A DNA stretch of 64,000 nt from Parcubacteria group bacterium GW2011_GWA2_42_14 (GCA_000998135.1 LCCV01000011.1:4132-68131); one strand, 5' to 3'. Shown: positions 46,628 to 56,459, counted from the stretch's first letter. Notes: generated by a model not told the origin, from the sequence alone. A program made the numbers and translations.

Positions 46628-48367
46628 ATGAATTTATCTGTCAATGCCCCGCCTTCGCCAGATGGGCTTCGGCGGGCAAGTAAAAACTGGATTGTAAGAC
46701 CTCAAGCGTCGGAGGAGTTTTTGGCGTTGCCAACTAACAACTTACAACTAACAACTTACAACAGATTACTGCGTCAGCTTTTGTGGAACAGGGGACTAAA
46801 AACTAAAGAAGAAATTGAAAAGTTTTTAAATCCTGATTATGAAAAGCATGTTCACGACCCGTTTTTATTTAAGGGGATGGAAAAGGCGGTTTTACGCGTA
46901 ATTAAGGCGATTGATTCCAAAGAAAAAATAATTATTTTTGCCGATTATGATGCCGATGGGATTGACGGGGCGGTGGTACTTGCCGAATTTTTAAAAAAGG
47001 TTGAGGCGAATTTTGAGGTTTTTATTCCCGATAGATTTGTGGAGCAATACGGCTTATCCATGGCGCGGGTTGAAGAATTTAAGGGGCTCGGCGCCAAATT
47101 GGTTATTACGATTGATTGCGGAATAACAGATTTTAACGAAATAGAAAAAGCCAATGAATACGGAATAGACACAATTATTTTTGACCATCATATTGTTCCT
47201 CCGAAATGGCCCAATGCTTATGCCATTATTGACCACAAGCAGGAAGATGATACTTACCCGGAAAAAGTTCTTTGCGGAACCGGATTAGCATTTAAACTTG
47301 TGCAAGGGGTTTTGGCTAGAAAAAATTACGGAATTATTCCCGGCTGGGAAAAATGGCTTTTGGACTCGGTGGCCATTGCTACGGTTGCCGATATGGTGCC
47401 CTTAACAGGAGAAAACAGGGTGTTGGTGAAATATGGTATTGACGTGTTGAAAAAAATGCGGAGAGCGGGTATCCGTTCCATACTTCAGTCGCGAAATATT
47501 CAGCCTCAAGAAATTACTTCCGGAACAATTGGTTTTGTTTTGTCGCCCCGTATTAATGCCGCAAGCAGAATGGACCATGCTAATACCGCTTTTGAACTAT
47601 TGCTTACGGAAAATCAGATTGAGGCCGAATGGCTTACCAAGCGTCTGGAAGAAAAAAATACGGAGCGAAGAGGTCTGGTTGACGAAATTTTAAAAAAACT
47701 TGATGAAAAATTGGCTGGTGTTGAGTCGCCCAAATTGATTTTTGAAGGTTCGCGGGAATGGCCGGCCGGGGTCTTGGGAATTGCCGCTAACCGCCTTCTT
47801 GAAAAATATCATTGCCCGGTGTTTTTGTATTCGCGCCAACAAAATGTTGTAAAGGGCTCATGTAGGGCATCCGAGGGAGTGAATGTGGTAGAGTTGATGC
47901 GGGGCGCTGAAGATTGTTTTTCCGATTTCGGGGGGCATGCTTTTTCCGGCGGTTTTTCTTTGCTTCCGGAAAAATTGGAGGACTTGGAAAAAAGATTGCG
48001 GAAATCGCTTGATAGTTTTATTTATAAGGAAATCAGCCGCGAGGCAGATGCCGAAATTTCTCTTGACGACGTTACTCCGGAAATTTACGCGATGTTGCAA
48101 GAACTTGAGCCGTTTGGTCAAGGAAATCCTAAACCGGTATTTTTGCTTCATGACATTTTGATAAAAGAGTTGCGCCATGTCGGTTCTGATAAAACCCACG
48201 TAAAGATGAAACTTAGCGATAAAGGAATAGGAGCAATTTACTTTCGCGGTTCTCATAACGGTTTTAAAGCGGGCGACACGGTTGATATTTTAGCCGAGCT
48301 TCAGGAAAACCGCTGGAATGGTTTTACCAATATTGAGTTAAATATCGTTGATGCGGTAAAAATTTAG
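46628..48367 (+). CDS. recJ: Single-stranded-DNA exonuclease RecJ (DHH family). The N-terminus reads through a family-F repeat, so the start may be downstream.
   Basis: 'IIIFADYDADGIDGAVVL'. 'FDHHIVPP' DHH motif. Confidence 0.75.
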   Translation: MNLSVNAPPSPDGLRRASKNWIVRPQASEEFLALPTNNLQLTTYNRLLRQLLWNRGLKTKEEIEKFLNPDYEKHVHDPFLFKGMEKAVLRVIKAIDSKEKIIIFADYDADGIDGAVVLAEFLKKVEANFEVFIPDRFVEQYGLSMARVEEFKGLGAKLVITIDCGITDFNEIEKANEYGIDTIIFDHHIVPPKWPNAYAIIDHKQEDDTYPEKVLCGTGLAFKLVQGVLARKNYGIIPGWEKWLLDSVAIATVADMVPLTGENRVLVKYGIDVLKKMRRAGIRSILQSRNIQPQEITSGTIGFVLSPRINAASRMDHANTAFELLLTENQIEAEWLTKRLEEKNTERRGLVDEILKKLDEKLAGVESPKLIFEGSREWPAGVLGIAANRLLEKYHCPVFLYSRQQNVVKGSCRASEGVNVVELMRGAEDCFSDFGGHAFSGGFSLLPEKLEDLEKRLRKSLDSFIYKEISREADAEISLDDVTPEIYAMLQELEPFGQGNPKPVFLLHDILIKELRHVGSDKTHVKMKLSDKGIGAIYFRGSHNGFKAGDTVDILAELQENRWNGFTNIELNIVDAVKI

Positions 48368-48376
48368 AAAAAATAT

Positions 48377-51016
48377 ATGGATAAACAGCAGGCAAAACAA
48401 AAAATAAAAGAATTGGTAGAAAAATACGAAACGGTTGTTAAAGAAGGTAATCTTAATAAATATACGGAGGAGGACACCAAAAAAGGTTTTATACAGCCGC
48501 TTTTTGAAGCGCTGGGATGGAATTTTCATGATAGAAAAGAAGTATCGGCAGAAGAATCGCGGTCAGATTACGGTTTTTACATTAACGAACGGCCGAAATT
48601 TTATCTTGAAGCCAAGGCATTAAGAGTTGATTTGATGAGGGAAGATTTTGCTAATCAAGCCATTCGTTATTCATGGAATAAGGGCGTAACCTGGGCCGTA
48701 TTAACCGATTTTGAAAATATTATCGTTTTTAACGCGCAAGATATTTCTAAAAATTGGGAACAAAAGAGATTTTTAACACTTCGTTATAATGAATATATAG
48801 AGCATTTTGATAAATTATGGCTTCTTTCCAAAGAGTCATTTCAAAATGATTTGCTGGATAAAGAAGCCGAGCCACTTGGTAAAAAACTTCAGAAAATCCC
48901 GATAAGCGCGCTTTTATCCGATGACCTTAATAAATGCAGGAATATTTTGATTGACGGGTTGTCCCAGTGCAATAGGGGAGTTGATAAGAATTTGCTTGAG
49001 GAGGGGGTGCAAAAGTTGCTTGACCGCCTTATTTTTATCCGGGTTGCCGAAGACAGGGAAATTGAGCCAAAAATTCTTTTGCCGTTAATTCGTTCAAATA
49101 AAGCAGATGAAGAAATATATAACGCGCTGGTTAAAAAATTCTGCGAACTTAATGAATTTTATGACTCTGACTTATTCGCGCCGCATCCGTTGGAAAAATG
49201 GGAAGAATACAGCGGCGCGGTAAAAAAAGTTATTAACATACTTCACGGCAAGAAAGGTTATTATGAATATGATTTTAAAGCTATGCCCGCCGATGTCCTT
49301 GGCGCTGTTTATGAAAACTATTTGGGATATCGCCTTTTACAATCCAAAAAAGGAGCAACTCTTGATAAAGATGCCAAGAAGCGAAAAGAGCAGGGGATTT
49401 ATTATACGCCGACTTTTATTGTTGACTATATAGTAAAAAATGCTTTAAAACCGGTTCTTGATAAATGTCAGAGTGTTTATGATTTGAAGAAAATAAGGGT
49501 GCTTGACCCGGCATGCGGTTCCGGTTCGTTTCTCATAAAAGCGCTTGAGGTTATTTATGATAAATATTATGAATTCAGCAATAGAAGTCCGGCGGAAACA
49601 AAAAGGACGATTTTGCTTGAAAATATTTACGGAGTTGATTTGGATGAACAGGCGGTTGAAATCGCGCGGCTTAATCTTTTGTTAAGCGCTTTAGATGAAA
49701 AAAGAAAACTCCCCGTGCTTTCACAAAACATCAAAAACGGAAATTCTTTGATTTCTGGAACAGACGAAGAATTAAAAAAATATTTCGGAAAAAACTTCAG
49801 GGACAAAAAGCCGTTTAACTGGGAAGAAGAATTCCCGGAGGTTTTCAAGCAAGGCGGGTTTGACGTTGTTATTGGAAACCCGCCGTATGTAAGAGTAGAC
49901 TCATTAGATGAGATAGATAAAGATTTTTGGAAAAAAAGTTTTATGGCGGCAGAGGGCAAATACGATTTATATTATCTGTTTATAGAACAATCACTTAAGT
50001 TATTAAAAGAAGGCGGAAATTTTGGATTTATAGTGCCAAATAAGTTTTGTGTTGCTGATTCAGGAAAGCAATTAAGAAATTTGATTTTTGATAAAACAAA
50101 AACTCGCGAATTTTTTAGCGTTAGCCAAATTGATGTTTTTAAAGACGCTGCAAATTATCCAGTAATTTTGTTTTTCCAAAAAGGAAAAAGTTTCGGAAAA
50201 ACATTTCTTACTTTTGCAAAAGAAGAAAATGAGGTTTCTAAACATAATTTAAATAGGATTCTTGTAAGAGATGAAGATTTAGAAATATTTTCAGGACATA
50301 TTATCCCGGTTAATATCGATAAGAGGCAATTAGAATTGGTACTTAAACTATCAAAAACAAATAGTAAATTTGAGGATTATTTGAAAATTTCCGAGGGGTT
50401 AAGAATTCCAGAAAAGTTAGAATCAAATCAAAAAACTGATTTTAAAATTGTTAAACAGTATCAATTTTCAAGATATTCGGACGTTCGACAAGGAAGTTTT
50501 ATTAAGTTAGATGACTTAAAGACGGTGGTAAATTTCAATACAGAAAGATTTAAAAATAGTCAAAAAGATAAAATTCTTATTGCAGAGGATGCATTATTTA
50601 TTTCAGCCACATTAGATAAGGATAAATATATACCCCAAGGCGGTGTTTATTTTGCAACTTTGTTAGGTAATAAAATTTCTTTGATTATTTTATTAGGTTT
50701 ATTAAATTCTAAGCTCTTATCTTTTATATACAAAATTTTGTTTGGTGGTATGCATATGGGCGGCGGGTATCTAAGGTATAGAACAAACTTTTTATATACA
50801 TTACCAGTTATAATTAAAGATAATAATTTTGAATTAGATAGTCTTGTGGATAAGATACTGAAGTTAAATAAGCAATTAGACAAAATTGCCGAGAATTCTA
50901 ACAAATGGAATGCTCTAAAATCCGAAATTGAGAAAACTGACAGGAAAATAGACGAGGAAGTTTATAATCTCTACGGCCTTACGCCGGAAGAAATAAAAAC
51001 TGTTGAAAGTTTATGA
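48377..51016 (+). CDS. Type IIG restriction-modification enzyme (PD-ExK nuclease + gamma-class N6-adenine MTase + TRD)
   Basis: N-terminal 'SDYGFYINERPKFYLEAKAL' (D...ExK). Motif I 'LDPACGSGSFL'. Motif IV 'VVIGNPPYVRVD'. C-terminal 'EEVYNLYGLTPEEIKTVE'. Confidence 0.75.
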   Translation: MDKQQAKQKIKELVEKYETVVKEGNLNKYTEEDTKKGFIQPLFEALGWNFHDRKEVSAEESRSDYGFYINERPKFYLEAKALRVDLMREDFANQAIRYSWNKGVTWAVLTDFENIIVFNAQDISKNWEQKRFLTLRYNEYIEHFDKLWLLSKESFQNDLLDKEAEPLGKKLQKIPISALLSDDLNKCRNILIDGLSQCNRGVDKNLLEEGVQKLLDRLIFIRVAEDREIEPKILLPLIRSNKADEEIYNALVKKFCELNEFYDSDLFAPHPLEKWEEYSGAVKKVINILHGKKGYYEYDFKAMPADVLGAVYENYLGYRLLQSKKGATLDKDAKKRKEQGIYYTPTFIVDYIVKNALKPVLDKCQSVYDLKKIRVLDPACGSGSFLIKALEVIYDKYYEFSNRSPAETKRTILLENIYGVDLDEQAVEIARLNLLLSALDEKRKLPVLSQNIKNGNSLISGTDEELKKYFGKNFRDKKPFNWEEEFPEVFKQGGFDVVIGNPPYVRVDSLDEIDKDFWKKSFMAAEGKYDLYYLFIEQSLKLLKEGGNFGFIVPNKFCVADSGKQLRNLIFDKTKTREFFSVSQIDVFKDAANYPVILFFQKGKSFGKTFLTFAKEENEVSKHNLNRILVRDEDLEIFSGHIIPVNIDKRQLELVLKLSKTNSKFEDYLKISEGLRIPEKLESNQKTDFKIVKQYQFSRYSDVRQGSFIKLDDLKTVVNFNTERFKNSQKDKILIAEDALFISATLDKDKYIPQGGVYFATLLGNKISLIILLGLLNSKLLSFIYKILFGGMHMGGGYLRYRTNFLYTLPVIIKDNNFELDSLVDKILKLNKQLDKIAENSNKWNALKSEIEKTDRKIDEEVYNLYGLTPEEIKTVESL

Positions 51017-51969
51017 AATTAAATCAAGTTATTAACCTTAAGAATTGGCATCAGCGGAATATTGATAACGTTGGTTATGGTACACGCGATAAGATCGTGC
51101 TAAAGCGTAGTAAAAAGGGGAGAGTTTATTTTCTTGCCAAGACATATGATAAAGATATTGGTGAATTGAGATCAGAGGTTTGCGCCTCAAACATGGGTAG
51201 ACTTTTCGGTTTTCCTGTCCAAAAAACATGGCTTTGTAAGATTCCGCAATACAAATCTTTGAAGTTAAGGCATCCAGCTGGTGTTCTTATTCAGTTAGAC
51301 GTTCGAAGGCAGGAGGATTTATTGCACGGCGCCGAAATTATTTCTTTAGTTGATAAGAAATTCGCCAGTTTAAATTTAAAAGAAAAAAGAAGGGTATACA
51401 CACTCAGGGTGGTTGTGGATAGCATCAGAAATTATGTCAGTAATCATCCAAACTCAAATAAGCTTTGGGATCAATTCTTCGAATTATTAGTTTTTGACGC
51501 TTTGATTGGCGGTACTGACAGGCACTATTATAATTGGGGCGTACTTGCAAAAGCGGACACAGGTGAATTTATCCGTCTTGCACCGGCATTTGATAATGGG
51601 ATTAGTTTAATGTGGAAGATAGAGGAATACCGGCCGCAGTTTATGAATGATTTATTTATGAGAGATTTTCCAAGAGGAGCTGAATCAATGTTTAAAAAAG
51701 TCAACGGAGGCAAGTATTCTCTGCTTGAGGTATTGGGTGAGTTATACAGAATTGGTGACTACAAAAAATCGAACATAGTTCAAGAAATTTTGGATCGAAT
51801 TGAAAAAGTTAAAGAATCAAAAATTAGATCAGTTTTATTGAACAATATACCAAAAAGGGCTCAATTCAAGACAAAAAATGATGAGTTGAGCTTAATCTGC
51901 GAGTATGTTAAAGTAAGATTAGATTTATTGAAACAAACCCTACGTGAGTTGAATCAAATAAACATATGA
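51013..51969 (+). CDS. HipA-like Ser/Thr kinase, C-domain-only (HipT-like)
   Basis: 'FDALIGGTDRHYYNWGVL' (HipA catalytic loop DxHxxN) and 'RLAPAFDNG' (DFG-like). ATGA overlap with the RM stop. Confidence 0.65.
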   Translation: MKLNQVINLKNWHQRNIDNVGYGTRDKIVLKRSKKGRVYFLAKTYDKDIGELRSEVCASNMGRLFGFPVQKTWLCKIPQYKSLKLRHPAGVLIQLDVRRQEDLLHGAEIISLVDKKFASLNLKEKRRVYTLRVVVDSIRNYVSNHPNSNKLWDQFFELLVFDALIGGTDRHYYNWGVLAKADTGEFIRLAPAFDNGISLMWKIEEYRPQFMNDLFMRDFPRGAESMFKKVNGGKYSLLEVLGELYRIGDYKKSNIVQEILDRIEKVKESKIRSVLLNNIPKRAQFKTKNDELSLICEYVKVRLDLLKQTLRELNQINI

Positions 51970-52277
51970 ACACATTACACTATAAGGTTATTTATAGGAA
52001 CGGGGATAAAATCCCGGTAGAAATTGCAAACTTTTATCGTGATGATAATGGCAATTTTGTGTTTGAATATAAGGAACAACCGAAGTATGAATTTCCGGGG
52101 TTTGATGCATCAATAAAGAAATATAAGAATGACCATCTATGGGAGCAAATTTCTTTTCGAGTGCCAAATAATATACGGAATCAATTTCCCAATGTTCCGC
52201 CGGAAGAGTTATTAAAAGAAACGGGGGGAAAATTAGTAACTGACCACTTTGAATTTCAGTTTGTAGAAAGTGTTTAG
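51966..52277 (+). CDS. 103-aa protein, possibly a HipS-like HipA N-terminal domain
   Basis: ATGA overlap with the kinase stop. Size and the 'NGNFVFEY' beta-rich N-terminus are compatible with a HipA N-subdomain. Confidence 0.35.
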   Translation: MNTLHYKVIYRNGDKIPVEIANFYRDDNGNFVFEYKEQPKYEFPGFDASIKKYKNDHLWEQISFRVPNNIRNQFPNVPPEELLKETGGKLVTDHFEFQFVESV

Positions 52278-52285
52278 AGTATTTT

Positions 52286-52316
52286 AAAAATCCTTACGTT
52301 AATTCGTAAGGATTTT
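52286..52316 (+). terminator. Rho-independent terminator after the kinase module
   Basis: AAAAATCCTTACG-TTAATT-CGTAAGGATTTTT. Confidence 0.45.
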
Positions 52317-52591
52317 TGTTTAATACAATTTGGAAACGGAAATGGTGTCAGGTACCCTTTTTATAGTATATATATTGAAACCTCCAGCAAGTGGCGCACG
52401 TTAAAATCCGAAATTGAAAAAACTGACAAGAAAATAGATGAAGAAGTTTATAAACTCTACGGCCTCGTGTCGGAAGACCCCGATAGTACAGCATAGCTGA
52501 CTACGGGGCAAGAATAAAAATTGTGGAAGAGTTAGGTAGAAAATAGCGGGTTGTTGCGGTAAATTCTAAAATATGCTAATATGGAATTGCT

Positions 52592-52849
52592 ATGTTAAGC
52601 GAATATATTGCAAAAAAATTAAAAGAGGCAAAATATAAACTTCTTAAAGATGGAAGTTATTTTGGCAAAATTCCGGGACTGAAGGGGGTATGGGCTAATG
52701 CCAAAAATTTGGAAGATTGCAGGGAAGAATTGCGTTCGGTCCTGGAAGATTGGTTGCTTTTTAAGATTAGGGATGGGGATTCTATCCCGGATTTACGCAT
52801 TGTAGAGGACCAAAGACGATTAGTAAAAGCCCCTGCGTATGCCAAATAG
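52592..52849 (+). CDS. hicB: HicB-family antitoxin
   Basis: 'YFGKIPGLKGVWANAKNLEDCREELRSVLEDWL'. Confidence 0.5.
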   Translation: MLSEYIAKKLKEAKYKLLKDGSYFGKIPGLKGVWANAKNLEDCREELRSVLEDWLLFKIRDGDSIPDLRIVEDQRRLVKAPAYAK

Positions 52850-53012
52850 TATATCTTGGAGAAAACTTGTACAGAAATTTCGTCGTTTGGGTTTTGACGG
52901 TCCGTATGCCGGAGGCCGTCATTTATTTATGAAGAAAAATGATTTGAAGGTTGTCATACCCAATCCGCACCCCCGCGATATAGACAAGGGTCTTGTCGCT
53001 GAGATATTGTAA
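52839..53012 (+). CDS. hicA: HicA-family mRNA-interferase toxin (57 aa, not in the ORF track)
   Basis: Translation 'MPNSISWRKLVQKFRRLGFDGPYAGGRHLFMKKNDLKVVIPNPHPRDIDKGLVAEIL'. Confidence 0.55.
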   Translation: MPNSISWRKLVQKFRRLGFDGPYAGGRHLFMKKNDLKVVIPNPHPRDIDKGLVAEIL

Positions 53013-53055
53013 CAAGCGGGGATTTCTGATGAAGAATGGGATAACGCATAATTTT

Positions 53056-53658
53056 ATGGCTGAAAAAAAATTTTACGCGTATAGTGTTCCGCGAACGGGA
53101 AAGCGGGGTATTGCTGAAAGTTGGAAGGAATGCGAAAAAATCGTGAAGGGTGAGGAGAACGCCCGTTTTAAGGGGTTCAAATCGCGGACGGACGCCGAGG
53201 ATTGGCTTAGCGCGGGCGCCGATTATTCAGTTAAAAAAAAGCTTCCTAAGGGGGTTTATTTTGATGCCGGCACCGGGCGCGGTAACGGGGTTGAAGTAAG
53301 TGTTACCGATGAAGAGGGAAATGACCTGCTTCACGAAGTTCTTCCGAAAAAGAAAATAAATCGTTTCGGTAAACACTTGTTGGGAGCTGAAGTTACGAAT
53401 AATTTCGGAGAACTTTTGGCATGCCGTTTCGCGCTTGAGATTGCCGTGAAGAAAAACATAAAAAAAATTTTTGGGGATAGCCGTTTGGTTATTGATTACT
53501 GGTCAAAGGGATATATGAATATGAAAGAGATGGCGCCGGAGACGATTGAACTTGCCTATATAGTTTCATCCTTAAGAAAAGATTTTGAGCGAAGAGGCGG
53601 TAGGATGGAATATGTTTCCGGAGACGACAACCCTGCTGATCTGGGGTTCCACAAATAA
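53056..53658 (+). CDS. rnhA: RNase H1 with N-terminal hybrid-binding domain
   Basis: 'KFYAYSVPRTGKRGIAESWKECEKIVKG...FKGFKSRTDAEDWL' HBD. Catalytic 'TNNFGELLA', 'GDSRLVI' and 'GDDNPADLGFH'. Start taken at the internal ATG at 53056, after hicA. Confidence 0.65.
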   Translation: MAEKKFYAYSVPRTGKRGIAESWKECEKIVKGEENARFKGFKSRTDAEDWLSAGADYSVKKKLPKGVYFDAGTGRGNGVEVSVTDEEGNDLLHEVLPKKKINRFGKHLLGAEVTNNFGELLACRFALEIAVKKNIKKIFGDSRLVIDYWSKGYMNMKEMAPETIELAYIVSSLRKDFERRGGRMEYVSGDDNPADLGFHK

Positions 53659-53800
53659 GGTCAAAATAGAAAATAAATATGTTGATAGAATAGTTAATTT
53701 GGCCAGCAATAAAAACCTAATTGTTTCTAAAAATTATTACATCACGTTAACAACATACTGACAAACTGGAGTATGTTGGTATGTTGTAAAATGATTTTTT

Positions 53801-55360
53801 ATGGAAGAAATTGAAAAAATAGAAAACTTAAAAAAGAAACCGGAGATACATACGGAAGTATTGGAGGACTGGGAAGCAAAAACCGAAGAAGAAAAAAATG
53901 CCGTAAATATTGTTTCCCTCCTAAACAGGCAAGGTGTTGCTTATTTTGCCGGCGGTTATGTGCGCGACCTTTTGATAAATCGCGAATTCAGCAAGCATTT
54001 TATTGCTAAAGACATTGATATTGCCACAAGTATTTCTCTTGAAGAAGCAAAAACCTTGCTTGAGAAATCAGGATTTCATACCAAGATCGCGGGCGCTGAT
54101 TTTAAAACATTAAAAGTGTTTCAAGAAGGCGGTGAAGCAGAGGCAATTGATGTGGCCACGTTCCGTCAGGAAGGAAAATATCGGGATGGCAGGCATCCGG
54201 ATTTGGAAGACCTTGTTTTTATAAAAGACCCGGAAAAGGATGCCGAGCGCCGGGATTTTACTATCAATGCATTATTTTTCGAACCTGATACGAAAAAAAT
54301 AATTGATTTTGTCGGCGGTATTGAAGATTTAAAAAATAAAGTTTTGCGGCCGGTTGGGGATACGAAACAGCGTTTTCAGGAGGATTATGTCCGCATGCTG
54401 CGTTACGTTAGATTCAGGAATAAATACGGTTTTACGTTTTCGCGCGAGGTCCGTGATGTTGTTCGTGATGATGCGGATAAAATATTGCGAAAGCCAAGTG
54501 AAAAGCTATTTCAGGAGCTTGATTTAATAATGAAGCTGGATAAAAACTATATGGCTGTTGCTGATATGGCGCGTTTGGGTTTGCTGAAGCATCTTATGCC
54601 GGAATTAGACGAGTTAAAAAATGTCATGCATCCTAAAGAAGCGCCGTATCATAAAGAAGGAACCGTTTTCAGGCATACTTTGGAGGCGTTAAGGGGTTTT
54701 TCTAGAAAAGAAGGGGTTGATAAAATTCGGGAGGTTTTTGGCTTGGAAAATTCTGTCAAAATAGATGAAGTGATTAAGCGGTTTTATGAAAAATACGGAA
54801 CAGAAATTTCTTGGGCAGTACTTTTTCATGATTTAGGAAAGAGGACAAAAAAGAGTACGCGCGAATTGCCGGGCGGCCAGACCAGAACTACTTTTGTCGG
54901 CCATGAACTTGATTCCCGCGAAATGGCCGGAAAAATTGCTGCTCGTTTGAGGTTTTCTAATGTTAAAAAAGAAAAAATTTTGTGGCTGGTTGAAAATCAT
55001 TTACTGCCGCGCGACCTGCCCGTGATGAAGCAGTCAAAAAGAAGGGCTATGCTCCAGCATCCGTGGATTGAAGAGCTATTGTTTGTTGCTTTGGCCGATG
55101 AGCTTGGAAATTTTCCGTCAAGCACCAAAGATTTTGAGGCGGCTTATAAATTATTGAAAGAAGAAAGAGTGCGCGTTCCTGAGCCCAAAGAATTGGTAAG
55201 CGGAAAAGAACTTATGAATAAGTTTAATTTAAAATCCGGGCCGATGATAGGGAGATTAAAATCAGCCATCCGCGAAGCGCAATTGGAAGACAAAATAAAA
55301 ACGCCGAAGGAGGCATTGCGTTTTGCCGAAGAAAATTTAAAAAATTTATATATTCAATAA
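53801..55360 (+). CDS. cca: CCA-adding enzyme / poly(A) polymerase family with HD domain
   Basis: 'FAGGYVRDLLINREFS..DIDIAT' Pol-beta NTase. HD region 'FHDLGK'. Confidence 0.7.
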   Translation: MEEIEKIENLKKKPEIHTEVLEDWEAKTEEEKNAVNIVSLLNRQGVAYFAGGYVRDLLINREFSKHFIAKDIDIATSISLEEAKTLLEKSGFHTKIAGADFKTLKVFQEGGEAEAIDVATFRQEGKYRDGRHPDLEDLVFIKDPEKDAERRDFTINALFFEPDTKKIIDFVGGIEDLKNKVLRPVGDTKQRFQEDYVRMLRYVRFRNKYGFTFSREVRDVVRDDADKILRKPSEKLFQELDLIMKLDKNYMAVADMARLGLLKHLMPELDELKNVMHPKEAPYHKEGTVFRHTLEALRGFSRKEGVDKIREVFGLENSVKIDEVIKRFYEKYGTEISWAVLFHDLGKRTKKSTRELPGGQTRTTFVGHELDSREMAGKIAARLRFSNVKKEKILWLVENHLLPRDLPVMKQSKRRAMLQHPWIEELLFVALADELGNFPSSTKDFEAAYKLLKEERVRVPEPKELVSGKELMNKFNLKSGPMIGRLKSAIREAQLEDKIKTPKEALRFAEENLKNLYIQ

Positions 55361-55364
55361 ATTT

Positions 55365-56369
55365 ATGGATAGTGAAAAAATTTATAAACCAAAATTAAAG
55401 GTTTTTAAAGAGCGGGCTGAACGTATACCGAAGTCAGAATATGACAGCATGGTAGGAGAACTTTTAGTTAAATTCGGAAACCAATTTAAAAGGATTGAGC
55501 CGACCGAACCCATGCAAGATAAGGATAGTTTTGGAGATATTGATGTAATTTTTATGCCCAAGGGGTCGGTTGATGAGGGATATGAGTCTTACTTTCGGGA
55601 AATTTTTGGAAAATCATTTCTTGGCTATAACAGAACCCCTCATTCACACGTTCATTCGTTATTGCTTTCGGTTTCTTCCCAAAAATCAGTTCAGGCAGAT
55701 TTTATTAGGGCAGAGGACCAGACCGATTTTGAAAGGAAATTGATGTATTACTCTAAAGGACATTTTTCATCCGCGGTGGGCATGATGGCTAAAAAGCTCC
55801 ATTTTAAATATAGCACTGAAGGATTTTTTAAGAGATTTAAGGATAAACGAGGAAATTGGCACGATATTTTTATTAGTGATAAACTTTCGGACGGCTTGAA
55901 AATTCTTGGTTTTGACCGTTATGAATTTGAAGATATTAAAACAACGCCGGATATAGTTGAATTCATATCTTCCTCTTCTCTTTTTGATTCCAGTTATTTT
56001 CAGTTTAAAGACCTTCCGCGCCGAGACCGGGAGTCCATAAAAAGAAATGCCGTTGAAGAGTATATCACGCAAAAACTTGCTATTAAGAATCAAACTAGGA
56101 TAATTGACGATGAAGATGAATTTTTCAGAAAGTTTTTTCCTGAAGAATTTGAAAAATTTAAAACGGAAGCGGAAAGAATAGAAAAAGAAACTTATAAAAC
56201 AGGAAATATCAACGGTGAGGTTGTTATGAAAGCCTTCGGCTTGAAGCCATGCCCTGAAGTCGGAAAGGTTTTAAAATTTATTAGCGATTTTTATCCGAAT
56301 CTTGAAGATTTGACAGATGATGTCATTAAGGCCGTTAAAAAGAATATTTTGGAAAAAGAAGCGTTTTAA
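55365..56369 (+). CDS. Hypothetical protein with a possible minimal nucleotidyltransferase motif
   Basis: 'DKDSFGDIDVIFMPKG' resembles the NTase hG[GS]...DhDh motif. Confidence 0.3.
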   Translation: MDSEKIYKPKLKVFKERAERIPKSEYDSMVGELLVKFGNQFKRIEPTEPMQDKDSFGDIDVIFMPKGSVDEGYESYFREIFGKSFLGYNRTPHSHVHSLLLSVSSQKSVQADFIRAEDQTDFERKLMYYSKGHFSSAVGMMAKKLHFKYSTEGFFKRFKDKRGNWHDIFISDKLSDGLKILGFDRYEFEDIKTTPDIVEFISSSSLFDSSYFQFKDLPRRDRESIKRNAVEEYITQKLAIKNQTRIIDDEDEFFRKFFPEEFEKFKTEAERIEKETYKTGNINGEVVMKAFGLKPCPEVGKVLKFISDFYPNLEDLTDDVIKAVKKNILEKEAF

Positions 56370-56385
56370 CCTTTGTTAGGTTTAT

Positions 56386-56430
56386 AAAAAATATTCTCAT
56401 ATTCTTAAGAATATGAGAATATTTTTTTCT
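56386..56430. terminator. Perfect palindromic (bidirectional) terminator
   Basis: AAAAAATATTCTCATATTCTTAAGAATATGAGAATATTTTTTT. Confidence 0.45.
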
Positions 56431-56431
56431 C

Positions 56432-56459
56432 TTGCATTTTTAAAATTATTTGATATAAT
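56432..56459 (+). promoter_or_regulatory. Sigma-70-like promoter upstream of rnpB
   Basis: TTGCAT, 16-bp spacer, TATAAT, ~15 nt upstream of the proposed rnpB 5' end. Confidence 0.35.
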
